Assembly: GCF_001194135.2 (NCBI RefSeq)
Contig: NC_068986.1
Location: forward strand, 52,603,800-52,665,287
DNA: 61,488 bases
Source of the DNA: Octopus bimaculoides
Lineage: Eukaryota
Reading direction: 5' to 3'
Part shown: positions 12,981-24,015 of the stretch, piece after piece
Position numbering within the stretch: the stretch's first letter is position 1
Layout of the letters: each line of letters starts with the position of its first letter
Program-made: the position numbers and the translations under genes
The notes under the pieces: generated by a model
What the model was told of the DNA's origin: nothing
What the model saw: the letters and a program-made list of their open reading frames with translations, nothing else
The model's database searches: none

Positions 12981-13088
12981 ACTGTCTCATAATATTTGAG
13001 TTGTATTATCATTAGGAACCAATAATATAAAAAAGACATCTTTCATTACTTAGCTGCTATTTCTGACAGCTCTTACAAGCCGGAGTGG

Positions 13089-13089
<1 letters not shown>

Positions 13090-13152
<63 letters not shown>
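13090..13152. repeat. (CT)n microsatellite
   Basis: Direct reading. Confidence 0.97.
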
Positions 13153-13157
<5 letters not shown>

Positions 13158-14266
13158 ACTCGTAATGAAATCGTGTGATTCCCTTTTTTTTCTTTCTTTT
13201 TCTCTAAAATGTATTATAAGTAAATTGGTGTGCCTTCAATAAAGATTCCAAAACATATATAAATCTCAGAAATCTAAATATTATTAAAGAAGTGAGGAGA
13301 AACAAATTCCATAATCCACCTCCTATGGGAGTATAGGTAATGGAAATATAATAGATTAAAGCTATCAATATACAATATACTACACTGTTGAAATTCAAAC
13401 CCAATACTAGGACGTGGACATGAACAGAGAGGTACAGAACAAAACACAGAAATATTCAGTTTCAAATTTTTCTGTGTAGCATTGTTTCGGTTAATATAAT
13501 GATATATTAAAATCAAGCGTAATTTTCGTATTTTTTATATGTATCTTTTATATGATTTCTGTTTACTGTTTGTACGTTTTGCTTTATTTCACATGATCTA
13601 TTAGACTTTTATTTCAATATCCTTATTATCATATAACTGACTTTCTTGATAATTCCAGATTCCTGAATTTCATCTTTTTATCAATGGCGGTGTCAGAATT
13701 TAGAACAATATTGTACTTTCCCTGGATTTAACCTCATTGATACGAGTGCATTAAAGACAGGGAAATTTTCCTTAAAATCTTTCTATCTTGACTTCGAAGC
13801 TGACATCCATCAAAACAGATTAACTTTTCAATATTTCATTTGTGTTTTTGGAGAGGGAAATCTAATATCAGCTCATGTAGTATACAGCATACGGATAAGT
13901 TAGGACTAAATTCATTGGCAGATACTCATTGTCAATGTCATTTCTTAAATACAAGCTTACTTCGAATGTAACTGCGATGTTTTCAAGTATATAGAGATAA
14001 ACATTTCGTATCATTAAACCTTTAAAAGAGTTCTAAAAATTTTATAGGTCAGTTTAGAAAGAAAACTATTTCTAAAATTTTCATATTCTTTCTCAATAAT
14101 TTACTAGATCTACGTTTATCAGAAATTAATTTATTAGATCATTAATTCTCGAAGATTAAGTGTTATATTCAGTTTCCAGTGAGAGTAATGTTCACTTCCG
14201 GAAGCCTATGCTACTGATGACACCCATCAAGACTTATAACGCGGTGCTTCTAACTATATATATATA

Positions 14267-14910
14267 CGAGCTGGTATCAAAACGTTCCTGCCTTAGTTCT
14301 GTAATGCGCCAACAGATGGCAACACATGATTACGTTCGTTGTGAGAGCTAGCAGTGACGTTCATGAGACAGTGTGCCAAGTGACATCGCTGTGCTTACTT
14401 CGCAAGTTGTGAAATTTGTGTTTTTGTGATCAAGTGTATGCTGGAGTCTGCGATTTTTGTCATGGACAGGAAGATGGAACAAAAAGCCAATGTGAAATTT
14501 TGTGTTAAACTTGGGAAGTCTACTACAGGGACATTGCGCCTGCTTTGGCAAAGTTACGGCAATGAGGCAATGGGTCCAACGCAATATTTCGAGTCTCATA
14601 GGTGCTTCAAAAGCGTAAGAACGTCCCTGAAATACGATGAGTGATCTGCAAGACCTGCCATGAGCGTACTCCACTCCACCCCCCGGAGATGTGGAGAAAA
14701 TTCTTCAACTTGTACAGGAGGTTCGTCGGAGGACAATGAACGAACATTGCTGATGTTGTTGGTCAGTCGTATGGGGCTATGGGGCCGTGCAGAAAATCCT
14801 AACGTCTGCATTCTTCGCGACGACAATACACCCTGTCACATATTTTAGTGTCCTTTATTTGAAATCTTTCGTCACACATCGTGTGACATCTTCAGCAACT
14901 TACCATCCCA
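14267..14910 (+). mobile_element. Mariner transposon relic, internally deleted and 3'-truncated
   Basis: TA followed by TIR-like CGAGCTGGTATCAAAACGTTCC. Translation MEQKANVKFCVKLGKSTTGTLRLLWQSYGNEAMGPTQYFESHRCFKSVRTSLKYDE*SARP is a mariner N-terminal HTH; a later LRDDNTPCH matches HHDNAPAH. No right TIR found. Confidence 0.85.
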
Positions 14911-15023
14911 CGTGTCACTTTCTGTTCTGTTTAGTCCATCCTCCGAAATAAAAATGACCATCACCAAATATAATAATATCTATTTCAACACAGTTTCACA
15001 TCAGAAAATTTTGAAAACCAAAT

Positions 15024-15071
<48 letters not shown>

Positions 15072-15081
15072 NNNNNNNNNN

Positions 15082-15325
15082 TTGGCTTCTACTTCATTGC
15101 TATACACTTCTGTCCCTTCCTCCTTGTTCCATTTCCCCTCCCCACCATCCTCTCTCTCTGTCTATCTTTCTACCTATCCCTCTATTTACCTACCTATCTA
15201 TCTTTCTTCTTACACATCTCCCCCTCTCGCTCGGCTCCATTCTGTTGTCTTGGCCTCTACTTCACTGCTATACCCTTCTGTCCCTTCCTCCTTGTTCCAC
15301 TTCCTCCCTCCACCATCCTCTCTGC
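15082..15325 (+). repeat. Pyrimidine-rich direct duplication, 168-bp period
   Basis: ~75-bp unit TTGGC(T/C)TCTACTTCA(T/C)TGCTATAC(A/C)CTTCTGTCCCTTCCTCCTTGTTCCA... at 15082 and 15250. Confidence 0.85.
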
Positions 15326-15329
15326 TCTC

Positions 15330-15592
15330 GTGTGACCTGTGGTCAGCTTTCTTTTCACTCTAGCCGCTGTGAAGGCAAGACGAACTACTAGCATTCTACC
15401 TCAGATTCGCGTTTGGCCGTACGGCTTTTGAATGTTGTTTTCACTGTCCAATTTTTCCTGTCTTGGTTTGTGTTTGCCACCTTGGAATCCTCTGTGTAGT
15501 GGGTTGATCCACTACTCAGGAAGAGACTATTCTAGAGTACGTTCTGTCTTATCTTCGAAACGTCAGGTTAGAATAGAGGCAGCTGATGAAGG
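15330..15592 (+). mobile_element. Penelope-like element, ORF 3' end and terminal region, cut by a gap
   Basis: Frameshifted ...DELL.FYL...RVWPYG(L)N resembles the PLE GIY-YIG C-terminus; hammerhead-type motifs GAAACGTC (15557) and CTGATGAAGG (15583) follow. Confidence 0.5.
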
Positions 15593-16488
15593 NNNNNNNN
15601 NNNNNNNNNNNNNNNNNNNNNNNNNNNNNNNNNNNNNNNNNNNNNNNNNNNNNNNNNNNNNNNNNNNNNNNNNNNNNNNNNNNNNNNNNNNNNNNNNNNN
15701 NNNNNNNNNNNNNNNNNNNNNNNNNNNNNNNNNNNNNNNNNNNNNNNNNNNNNNNNNNNNNNNNNNNNNNNNNNNNNNNNNNNNNNNNNNNNNNNNNNNN
15801 NNNNNNNNNNNNNNNNNNNNNNNNNNNNNNNNNNNNNNNNNNNNNNNNNNNNNNNNNNNNNNNNNNNNNNNNNNNNNNNNNNNNNNNNNNNNNNNNNNNN
15901 NNNNNNNNNNNNNNNNNNNNNNNNNNNNNNNNNNNNNNNNNNNNNNNNNNNNNNNNNNNNNNNNNNNNNNNNNNNNNNNNNNNNNNNNNNNNNNNNNNNN
16001 NNNNNNNNNNNNNNNNNNNNNNNNNNNNNNNNNNNNNNNNNNNNNNNNNNNNNNNNNNNNNNNNNNNNNNNNNNNNNNNNNNNNNNNNNNNNNNNNNNNN
16101 NNNNNNNNNNNNNNNNNNNNNNNNNNNNNNNNNNNNNNNNNNNNNNNNNNNNNNNNNNNNNNNNNNNNNNNNNNNNNNNNNNNNNNNNNNNNNNNNNNNN
16201 NNNNNNNNNNNNNNNNNNNNNNNNNNNNNNNNNNNNNNNNNNNNNNNNNNNNNNNNNNNNNNNNNNNNNNNNNNNNNNNNNNNNNNNNNNNNNNNNNNNN
16301 NNNNNNNNNNNNNNNNNNNNNNNNNNNNNNNNNNNNNNNNNNNNNNNNNNNNNNNNNNNNNNNNNNNNNNNNNNNNNNNNNNNNNNNNNNNNNNNNNNNN
16401 NNNNNNNNNNNNNNNNNNNNNNNNNNNNNNNNNNNNNNNNNNNNNNNNNNNNNNNNNNNNNNNNNNNNNNNNNNNNNNNNNNNNNNNN
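15593..16488. other. Largest assembly gap
   Basis: Run of N. Other gaps: 15072-15081, 19798-19924, 29446-29966, 33581-34211, 34925-35312, 40013-40339, 45273-45408, 53235-53333, ~56807-57271, 60520-60529. Confidence 0.99.
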
Positions 16489-16588
16489 CAAGCGGAGTAC
16501 GTCTCGTTTGGGTAATTACTACTTCCGAGCTTCTGCTAGGTAGGAAACATATGTAGCCTGGATTTTACCTATTTCATTCCCTAAATTT

Positions 16589-16628
<40 letters not shown>

Positions 16629-16635
16629 ATGTATG

Positions 16636-16669
<34 letters not shown>

Positions 16670-17258
16670 TATGTATCTACATGTACGTATAATCAATATC
16701 TTGAAGTGTCAGAATGCTCTCTTCCAAGTCACTTTTTCCTTCAGCGAATTAAACGAAGACATTGTAATTACGAGTCGTTCATTATTTTTCAACGTTACAT
16801 TAACGAAAATTGATTATTTGGACTTGGTATTGCCAAAGGGTAATGTCTACTAATTTTTCACCAAACATACATTAAAGACTGTTATGTGCCATGAGGTAAA
16901 AACAACAATTTCATTGATGAATATCCAAGTGAACAGTAGCAAAAGCATCAACCGATCTTTGTTTAATATTTCACTAATATAGTATTTTTCTGTGTACCTT
17001 GAGAGGGTCATTATGTCAATTATAGTCAACTAGTTAATTATTTAATCAATTAAAAAATCGATTTATCAATCGTTCAGTCAGTCAATCAAACAGTTAGGTT
17101 AGTCTGAGTCCTTTCGTCGCCATTCGCGACCTCATCAATGACATGGCCTCTACACTTTACTGACTGACCGAACGATTAATCAAACAATTGATTAGTTAAT
17201 TGATTGAATCACTGTCTGTTATAGACAGAAAGCGTGAAAGTTTGGCTGAGGGTATATA

Positions 17259-17399
17259 GTCGATTACATCGACCTCAAGTGATCAGCTGGTACTTTTTCA
17301 TCGAACCCGAAAGAATGAAAGGTAAAATCGGCGTCGGCGGAATATGAACTCACAAGCATTTTGTTCGGCGTTCTTAACGATTCTGCTAACTCGACACCT
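17259..17399 (-). mobile_element. SINE family A, internally deleted
   Basis: GTCGATTACATCGACC...GGAATATGAACTCAC...TAACGATTCTGCTAACTC, antisense family motifs. Confidence 0.75.
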
Positions 17400-17725
17400 T
17401 TCCCTGAGTAATAATAATAAAAGAAGTTAGATAGTACCAGTATACATGTTTAATATTGACATAATGACCCTGCCCCGCATCTGTTTCAACACACAATTCC
17501 ACATCAAGAATTTTGCAAATCAAATATAAAAATGAAATGTTAGGAAAAAGTAATAAAGCAATTTTTCGAAATTTTGACAACTCAGAATCTAGTGAACAGA
17601 ACCACACATTTCATACCTCTACAACAAAAGTTTCTGCTCGAAACTCCAGACTTCTCTTTTCCTTGTAGCACAATATTTATTCCACTATTTGAATCCTTTG
17701 AGTTGCTATTTCCCAAAGTAGGAGT

Positions 17726-17875
17726 GGAGGCGCGTGGTTTAGTGGTTAAGGTGTTGGTCTCAAGGTCGTAAGATTGTGATTCCGATTCTTGAACCGATCG
17801 ATGCGTTGTGTTGTTGAGCAAAACACTTCATTTCACATTGCTCCAGTCCACTCAGCTGGCAAAAGTGAGTATTCT
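17726..17875 (+). mobile_element. tRNA-derived SINE family B (head and central domain)
   Basis: tRNA-like head GGAGGCGCGTGGTTTAGTGG...GATTCCGATTC followed by TTGTGTTGTTGAGCAAAACACTTCATTTCACATTGCTCCAGTCCACTCAGCTG, shared with 28955 and 42794. Confidence 0.85.
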
Positions 17876-17969
17876 GTGACAGACAGGCAGGCCTGAATTT
17901 CGAAGGCATTTAGGCTGATGCTCAGGCTCAACGTGACACTAGACTGTCACTACGTTACACTCCAGAGCC

Positions 17970-18100
17970 AGCGGTATTACATTCAGTTGAATCTATTTGA
18001 ACAATGGGAAATGAAAAGCTTGTTTGGGAGTACAACGCTCTGGTCCGTTCAATAATTGAACTTGCGCCCGAAAGATTGTAAGCTCAATACGACATATAGG
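17970..18100 (-). mobile_element. SINE family B, diverged antisense copy
   Basis: TTCAGTTGAATCTATTTGAACAATGGGAAATGAAAAGCTTGTTTGGGAGTACAACGC is a degenerate reverse complement of the 17726 copy. Confidence 0.5.
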
Positions 18101-18329
18101 GAATAGTTATCTTTAAAATATAGCATTATGACACAGAAGGTACAGAATGCTATCTCGAAGTATGTTGCACTTTAAAGCAAATCAACAGTATATCATCTTC
18201 AGGAATAACATCAGGAGAAGGAAGAATTTATTTAACGAATAGGTATATATTTACCGTCGCTTTTGTGTATGTAAAGACGTCTCTTACAAATCGAGCACTG
18301 TTTTATCTCATCATGATTCACTGTTGTGT

Positions 18330-18510
18330 AGTTGTTGCTTAGCTGCCCATGAGACTTGAATGAGCAGAATTATGTGAAAAGATTTTCCTATCGTAATCAC
18401 CCTCTCCTTCATTATGTATCAAAGATTACATTATCTACGTTTCGTCATTTTTTGATAACGCTAGGGTGTAATTTGAGGAACATTTTCATGTTATTTCTAG
18501 CAGCTCAATC
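18330..18510 (-). mobile_element. SINE-like family D copy
   Basis: Antisense tail GTTGTTGCTTAGCTGCCC... through GGGTGTAATTTGAGG...TATTTCTAGCAG. Confidence 0.6.
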
Positions 18511-19695
18511 ACTCACATAGAGATACTGTCGCTAGATCAATTATTCTGCAGGATTTTGGAGTTTGAGAATGTGATTTAACTAGTGGGATAGAATGCACAT
18601 ATTAGTGTCTTTATAGACGATAACACTAAAATTGAGTTCTTGAATTAATAGATTATATTACAGTCGATAACTCATCAGATGGAAAGTAGCTACTGTAGAT
18701 TGATATATAAGTATTCCACTGCCTGCAGCTGAAGAACTATAAAGTTATCGAGTTGGTTTCCTATCTTGAGATCAATTCATGGATATTTGCTTGATGCAGT
18801 GTTTTTTGTACTACGTGTGATATCAAATATGCGAAACGTTTATAGCGGTAGATATGATCTGTGACCTGCTCATATAAAGATGGAAGACGATTTGTTTTTA
18901 TTGCAGATCATTATACAGAAAATAGATATAATAGCAAAGATAAGATGTTTGGTAATAAAGAAAATAATGAAGAACGCGGTCGATCGAGTGACAAGGAATT
19001 AATTGAAAATTACGATATCGAATACTGTCATATGAGAATATATGACGCTTCTTTCCTATACCACAATTAAATATTACCATACTTTGCGTAACATCTTTAG
19101 CTTGCTAATGTTTTCATTCCGATCTGCATCGTTTATATTGAAATGCTCTCAACGACTACAAACATTAACTGAACTTTTGTTCCTCTAAATCGATGATGGA
19201 AATGAGTCATCATGTACAGAGACAAACATCGAGAAATGTTTGATGTCATCTTAAAGAAATACCGATATGCCACTTCAGACCTTAATTACAATAGCGAGCG
19301 TTACGTTATGCTTGCTGTTAGCATCTGAACAAATTAGCTAAGGAACATCAACATTAATATAAAATAAGAGAGAGGAACGGTATTGATGCTGGTGTAAGTA
19401 TTGACGTTGGTGCAAATACAGATGCTGCTTTTAGAGAATTCCATACGTGAATTCAGTGAGCAGAATATTTGCTGTGTTTATTTAACGAGTAGAATTCATC
19501 ATATGAAGACATTGAAGTACGTTAGAGAAAAGAAAACAACCACGATTGATGTATAAGCATCGAGCTTTTCACGAAGAAATATGCGGCGCAATGCATATAA
19601 ACGACACAGGTTCTTAGAAAATTACAACGCTAAAACATTGTGTGTGTCGTATGCGTGACTTGCGTATATATCTGTATATGTGTATGTGTGCATGC

Positions 19696-19730
<35 letters not shown>

Positions 19731-19924
19731 TACACACACACACAAACACACACACACGCACACACACACACACACACACACATAAACACACACACACNNN
19801 NNNNNNNNNNNNNNNNNNNNNNNNNNNNNNNNNNNNNNNNNNNNNNNNNNNNNNNNNNNNNNNNNNNNNNNNNNNNNNNNNNNNNNNNNNNNNNNNNNNN
19901 NNNNNNNNNNNNNNNNNNNNNNNN

Positions 19925-19983
<59 letters not shown>

Positions 19984-20598
19984 CATATACATATACATAT
20001 GCGTGTGTGTGCATGTTATATAACCGGCACATAACCAGTCAGGAAATTACCAATGGTTCCACGTCTTCTATTACAATTGTCAACTCTACTGAATCAAATC
20101 CCGAAAGCACATTGCCTCTTTACTAACGGAGGTAAAAATACAGTCTTAGTCAGTCAGGAGGTGAAAAAAAAAAAACGAAACGAGAAACAAAACTGGTCGG
20201 CAAAACTGCAAGGAGTACATTTCTTTTTTGTGATGTCTCCTTTAGCTAGAAGAAGTACTAAAATGCTGGAACTTGATATGGAATAACAATACGCTCAAAT
20301 ATTTTCTTCATGATTGTGATTGATTGTTGTTCTAGTTATATTGTTCCACATCAGCACTGAGTAATGAAATATATAGCCAAAGGCACGGTCCAGTCACTTT
20401 GTTTGAAATTTAAAACTGCTCTGTGCAATAAGATATCATTTCCTTTTCTATGGTGGTAGGGCTTGAAGGATATTAAAGCATAATTTCTAGCTGGCCTTGA
20501 AACCAAAAATTGGTTTCCGTGTCGGTTCAACAGTTAATATCTAACAAATATTCTTAGCATTAATCAATCGCTGGTGATATCTATTTTATATTACTTCA

Positions 20599-20826
20599 GG
20601 TTCAACCACGTGGTACCTAGATCCGAGACAACACCGGAGCAATGATAGAAATCGCAACTAAGCCTCCCTCAAATCTCTTTCTACCATCACCATAAAAAGC
20701 ACAGATTAGCCAATCAAGATCTATACACTCTGAAACAGAAAACGAGATGTGATAGGGAAGGCTAAGTTCGTCTTTTATTATAGGTCTTTTTGATCAATGC
20801 TGATTTACTACTGAGGAAGAACAACA
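20599..20826 (+). mobile_element. SINE-like family D copy
   Basis: ATAGAAATCGCAACTAAGCCTCCCTCAAATC body and ATAGGTCTTTTTGATCAATGCTGA...GAAGAACAACAA tail. Confidence 0.6.
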
Positions 20827-21539
20827 ATACAATCATTGTTATTTAGTTAATCATGTTATTCCTATTTGAGAAATAAGGGTACAATGATTTAGTGACGTTC
20901 AGATTCTTTTCAGCAACTCGCTCTGAATTGTACCATGTAAGAGCTATTTCTCTTAGTCGGCCTTCAACATTCTCACACCAGATGTTTTTGAACGCCCATT
21001 ATTTCTCTTTCAGTGAGTTGATCATCTCAATACTATTTTTATTATCGTGTCGAAAATTATTGTAAGTGTGTGACCGCGGTATCTGAGCAATATTGCTGCA
21101 GCCAGTTTTGCAAAACAAGTTATCATTTGACACTACGGTGTATTTTCTTCAGATACATATTGTCGAAATGGTTGATCTTATCGCTGTCTACGTTTGCAAC
21201 TCGCCATCAACGTCATCCAAAAATCAGGGCATATATTAACAAATATTTATATTAATATTTCCTGACCTGAAATTTGTAAACGTAAAATAATAAAACGAAA
21301 TTTTTGAAATAGCGTCTTGTTTGGTTTAGCACATGACTCATCCATTTTTTCTTAAATTCACTCATTAGATTTCGCCCATGCTATGACACCGCTTTTCAAT
21401 GGTTTTAATCGATCATATCGAATACAGTATTTGTTTTAGTATGGTACTTATTTTATCGATTTCGTAAGAAACTAAAGTCTAAGTCAGTTGTGCACAAAGA
21501 GAAATAACGCTGTTGTAATTTAATGCTGCAGTTTCTTTT

Positions 21540-22265
21540 TTGTCGATGCACCGGTTTTGTTCGGTTATCCCTAGGCTGAATGTAGTTGTCATTGAATTCG
21601 TGCCCTGATATTTTCAAATTTTTTGCTTAATATCCTTTCTATAGTGCACTCAGAATGAATATTCACGACCTCGGAGGGGCAGGATTTTTAGGCTGTATAC
21701 AAACTAGGTCGCTTCGTTCATATTGTGCGTTATAGTTGCTTCATATTCATCCTCGGTGATTGGCTGCTATTTGTATTAAAGTTCACAAGAAGTGGTTTCT
21801 TTCAACACTAGCTAATATATTTGGTAGTTGTGGAAACAGCTAGATTCTTTTTATATAGGTATATGTGAGATTGCGTTTATTTCACATAGACATTGGTGAT
21901 AGCACCAAAATAATTTCTAAGTTGCTGTAGAAAGGCTTCTACTCAGCTGCCTTGCTAGCTTTGCTGATCTCTATAAGCAATCTGTGACACTTTGTATTTG
22001 ATGTTAACTTTCTTTGAAGTTCGTCTTTGTGTTTTTCCTTCACGGTGTTCTTGTTACTTACCTTTATTAAGGTATTTAATTACGACTTTACTAAGCTGCT
22101 CAAATTGACTCTTAGTCTTCATCTCTACAATGGGTCTTTATCATTTCAGTTTGCTCAATTTTAAACCTTTCTGTTATTTCTTCTCCAATTTCCTCTCTCA
22201 CGTAACCATCTTCACTTTTCACTGTTCTGACGAATTTTTCCAACTCCAAATGGAATAATCGTTGT
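21540..22265 (-). mobile_element. RTE-clade LINE relic (RT domain)
   Basis: Minus-strand EEITERFKIE-T(G)M(R)..DPL(S) resembles TGLRQGDPLS; IAYRD resembles LAYADD; ERILSKKF resembles ERKILRKIF; heavily decayed. Confidence 0.5.
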
Positions 22266-23149
22266 TTACTCATGACCTTTTGCTGTTTTGTTGTTGTTGT
22301 TTTTTTATCTCGAATCAAACCGCTGTGTTCTCTTTAAAAAATGTGTGGTCTTGTGTCTGTATTAGAAGTATTATTATTACAATTATCTATCTTTTGTGAT
22401 AAATAATACAGCTGAAAGTTACTAGCACTCACGCATTATTAAAGACGTGAGACGCAAATAGGTTCTATGATTTTTTTTGTTATATATTTTGCATCAACGA
22501 TATAATATATTACTATGTGAATGTGGATTTGTGTATAATCGAGTCGCTTCTCTTATAATAAATTGGAAGAAAACACAAGATTTAATTCCTAGTGGAATCA
22601 CCAGTATGATGTATGTTCACTGTTTGACAAGAAGAACTAAATGTTGTCATTATATAAATATGGATGACTTATTGACAACAAAAAGTTTATTTACAAATAT
22701 TGTAAAATCAATAACCTAAACATTTTACCAATTTCCACGCCAAACTCTGTCAAATTTCTGTGGAGTATTACATATGCTTTAATATATGAATAGAATGATG
22801 CCAACAGTGGCAAATAGAAGTTGTTTTCAGCTCGTTAGCCAGAGTGATTAATCTATTCCTAATATATTAATCTATTCCTAATATAAGAAAGTGGAGTCAA
22901 AATAATCGAATACAAAATGGTACTCAGCTATCAACTCCAGATTCGTGACTTCGAATCCATTACGAGTGCTATATTTTATCGTCAGAGCTCTAAGAATGTT
23001 TATATCTTCATTTAAGGAACTATGTACAACTCTTAAAGCGCAGGAGGCATCTAGTCAATGAATCCCATAGGTTTTCGTAATGAATGGCTACCTGAATCTT
23101 ATACGCACGCAAACAAAATTATACATAATGTACATATGTGTGTGAGTTT

Positions 23150-23155
23150 GTGTTA

Positions 23156-23188
<33 letters not shown>

Positions 23189-23420
23189 TGTGCGTGCGAC
23201 ATCGTATGTGTATATATGTGTGTGTCTGTGTTTGTGCCCCTACTATCGCTTGACAACCGATGGTGTGTTTACGTCCCCGAAACATAGCGGTTCCGCAAAA
23301 GAGACCGATAGAATAAGTACTAGGTTTACAAAGAATAAGTGCTGGGATTGATTTGTTCGACTAAAGGTCTAGCCTGGCCGCAGTCAAAATGGCTGAAACA
23401 AGTGAATGAATAAAAGTATA
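23150..23420 (+). mobile_element. SINE family C, 3' half with internal (TG)n
   Basis: (TG)n then ATCGCTTGACAACCGATGGTGTGTTTACGTCCCC...GATAGAATAAGTACTAGG...GATTTGTTCGACTAAAGG...GCCGCAGTCAAAATGGCTGAAACAAGT; paralogues at 36899, 40740 and 58850. Confidence 0.85.
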
Positions 23421-23464
23421 TGTATATATAAAACGATTATGCGCATATTTATCCTCTATAACGA

Positions 23465-23484
23465 TAGATAGATAAATAGATAGG

Positions 23485-23552
<68 letters not shown>
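23465..23552. repeat. (GATA)n microsatellite
   Basis: Direct reading. Confidence 0.97.
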
Positions 23553-23553
<1 letters not shown>

Positions 23554-23929
23554 TAATCGAAGTATACAGTATTATATAACCTTTACAGCCGATCTTACCA
23601 ATCGGTTTCACACTAGAGTTTCAACAGTGTGTTAGATAAGAGCCTGATTATATAGCCCAGCGCTCTTCACAGATGGCATTTATGGAAGCAAATATGGTGA
23701 CTAGTCTCTATCATTGGAGGTAAAAAGAGCAACGGTTAAGTTAAGAGTTTAAAAGGATTTCCATCCGATTCGCCTGACTTGGTCATTCATCTCCAACAGC
23801 AGCCTTATTTGATAGAGTTTCTAGAATATCCTACGTCATTTAATTCCAAGGTAATAAGGTGTATAATATGGATCTTTGGTGGATCCTGCATGATTATGTA
23901 GGGTGCACTGCCAGGGATAACAGCTATAA

Positions 23930-24015
23930 GGCACAAGACGATGCATACCCAAAGTGCCACGCAGTAGAATCGAACACAGTACCATGTGGTTGGGATACCA
24001 CTCAGCTATGACTGC
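23930..24015 (-). mobile_element. SINE family C, 5' head fragment
   Basis: CCCAAAGTGCCACGCAGTAGAATCGAACACAGTACCATGTGGTTGG is antisense of the 36899 head. Confidence 0.7.

Noticed and set aside
15432-16556. Long ORFs of 100-374 aa containing X runs (also near 19.6, 29.3, 33.2, 34.8, 39.8, 45.2, 53.0 and 56.7 kb)
   Set aside because: They are open only because N-gaps contain no stop codons.
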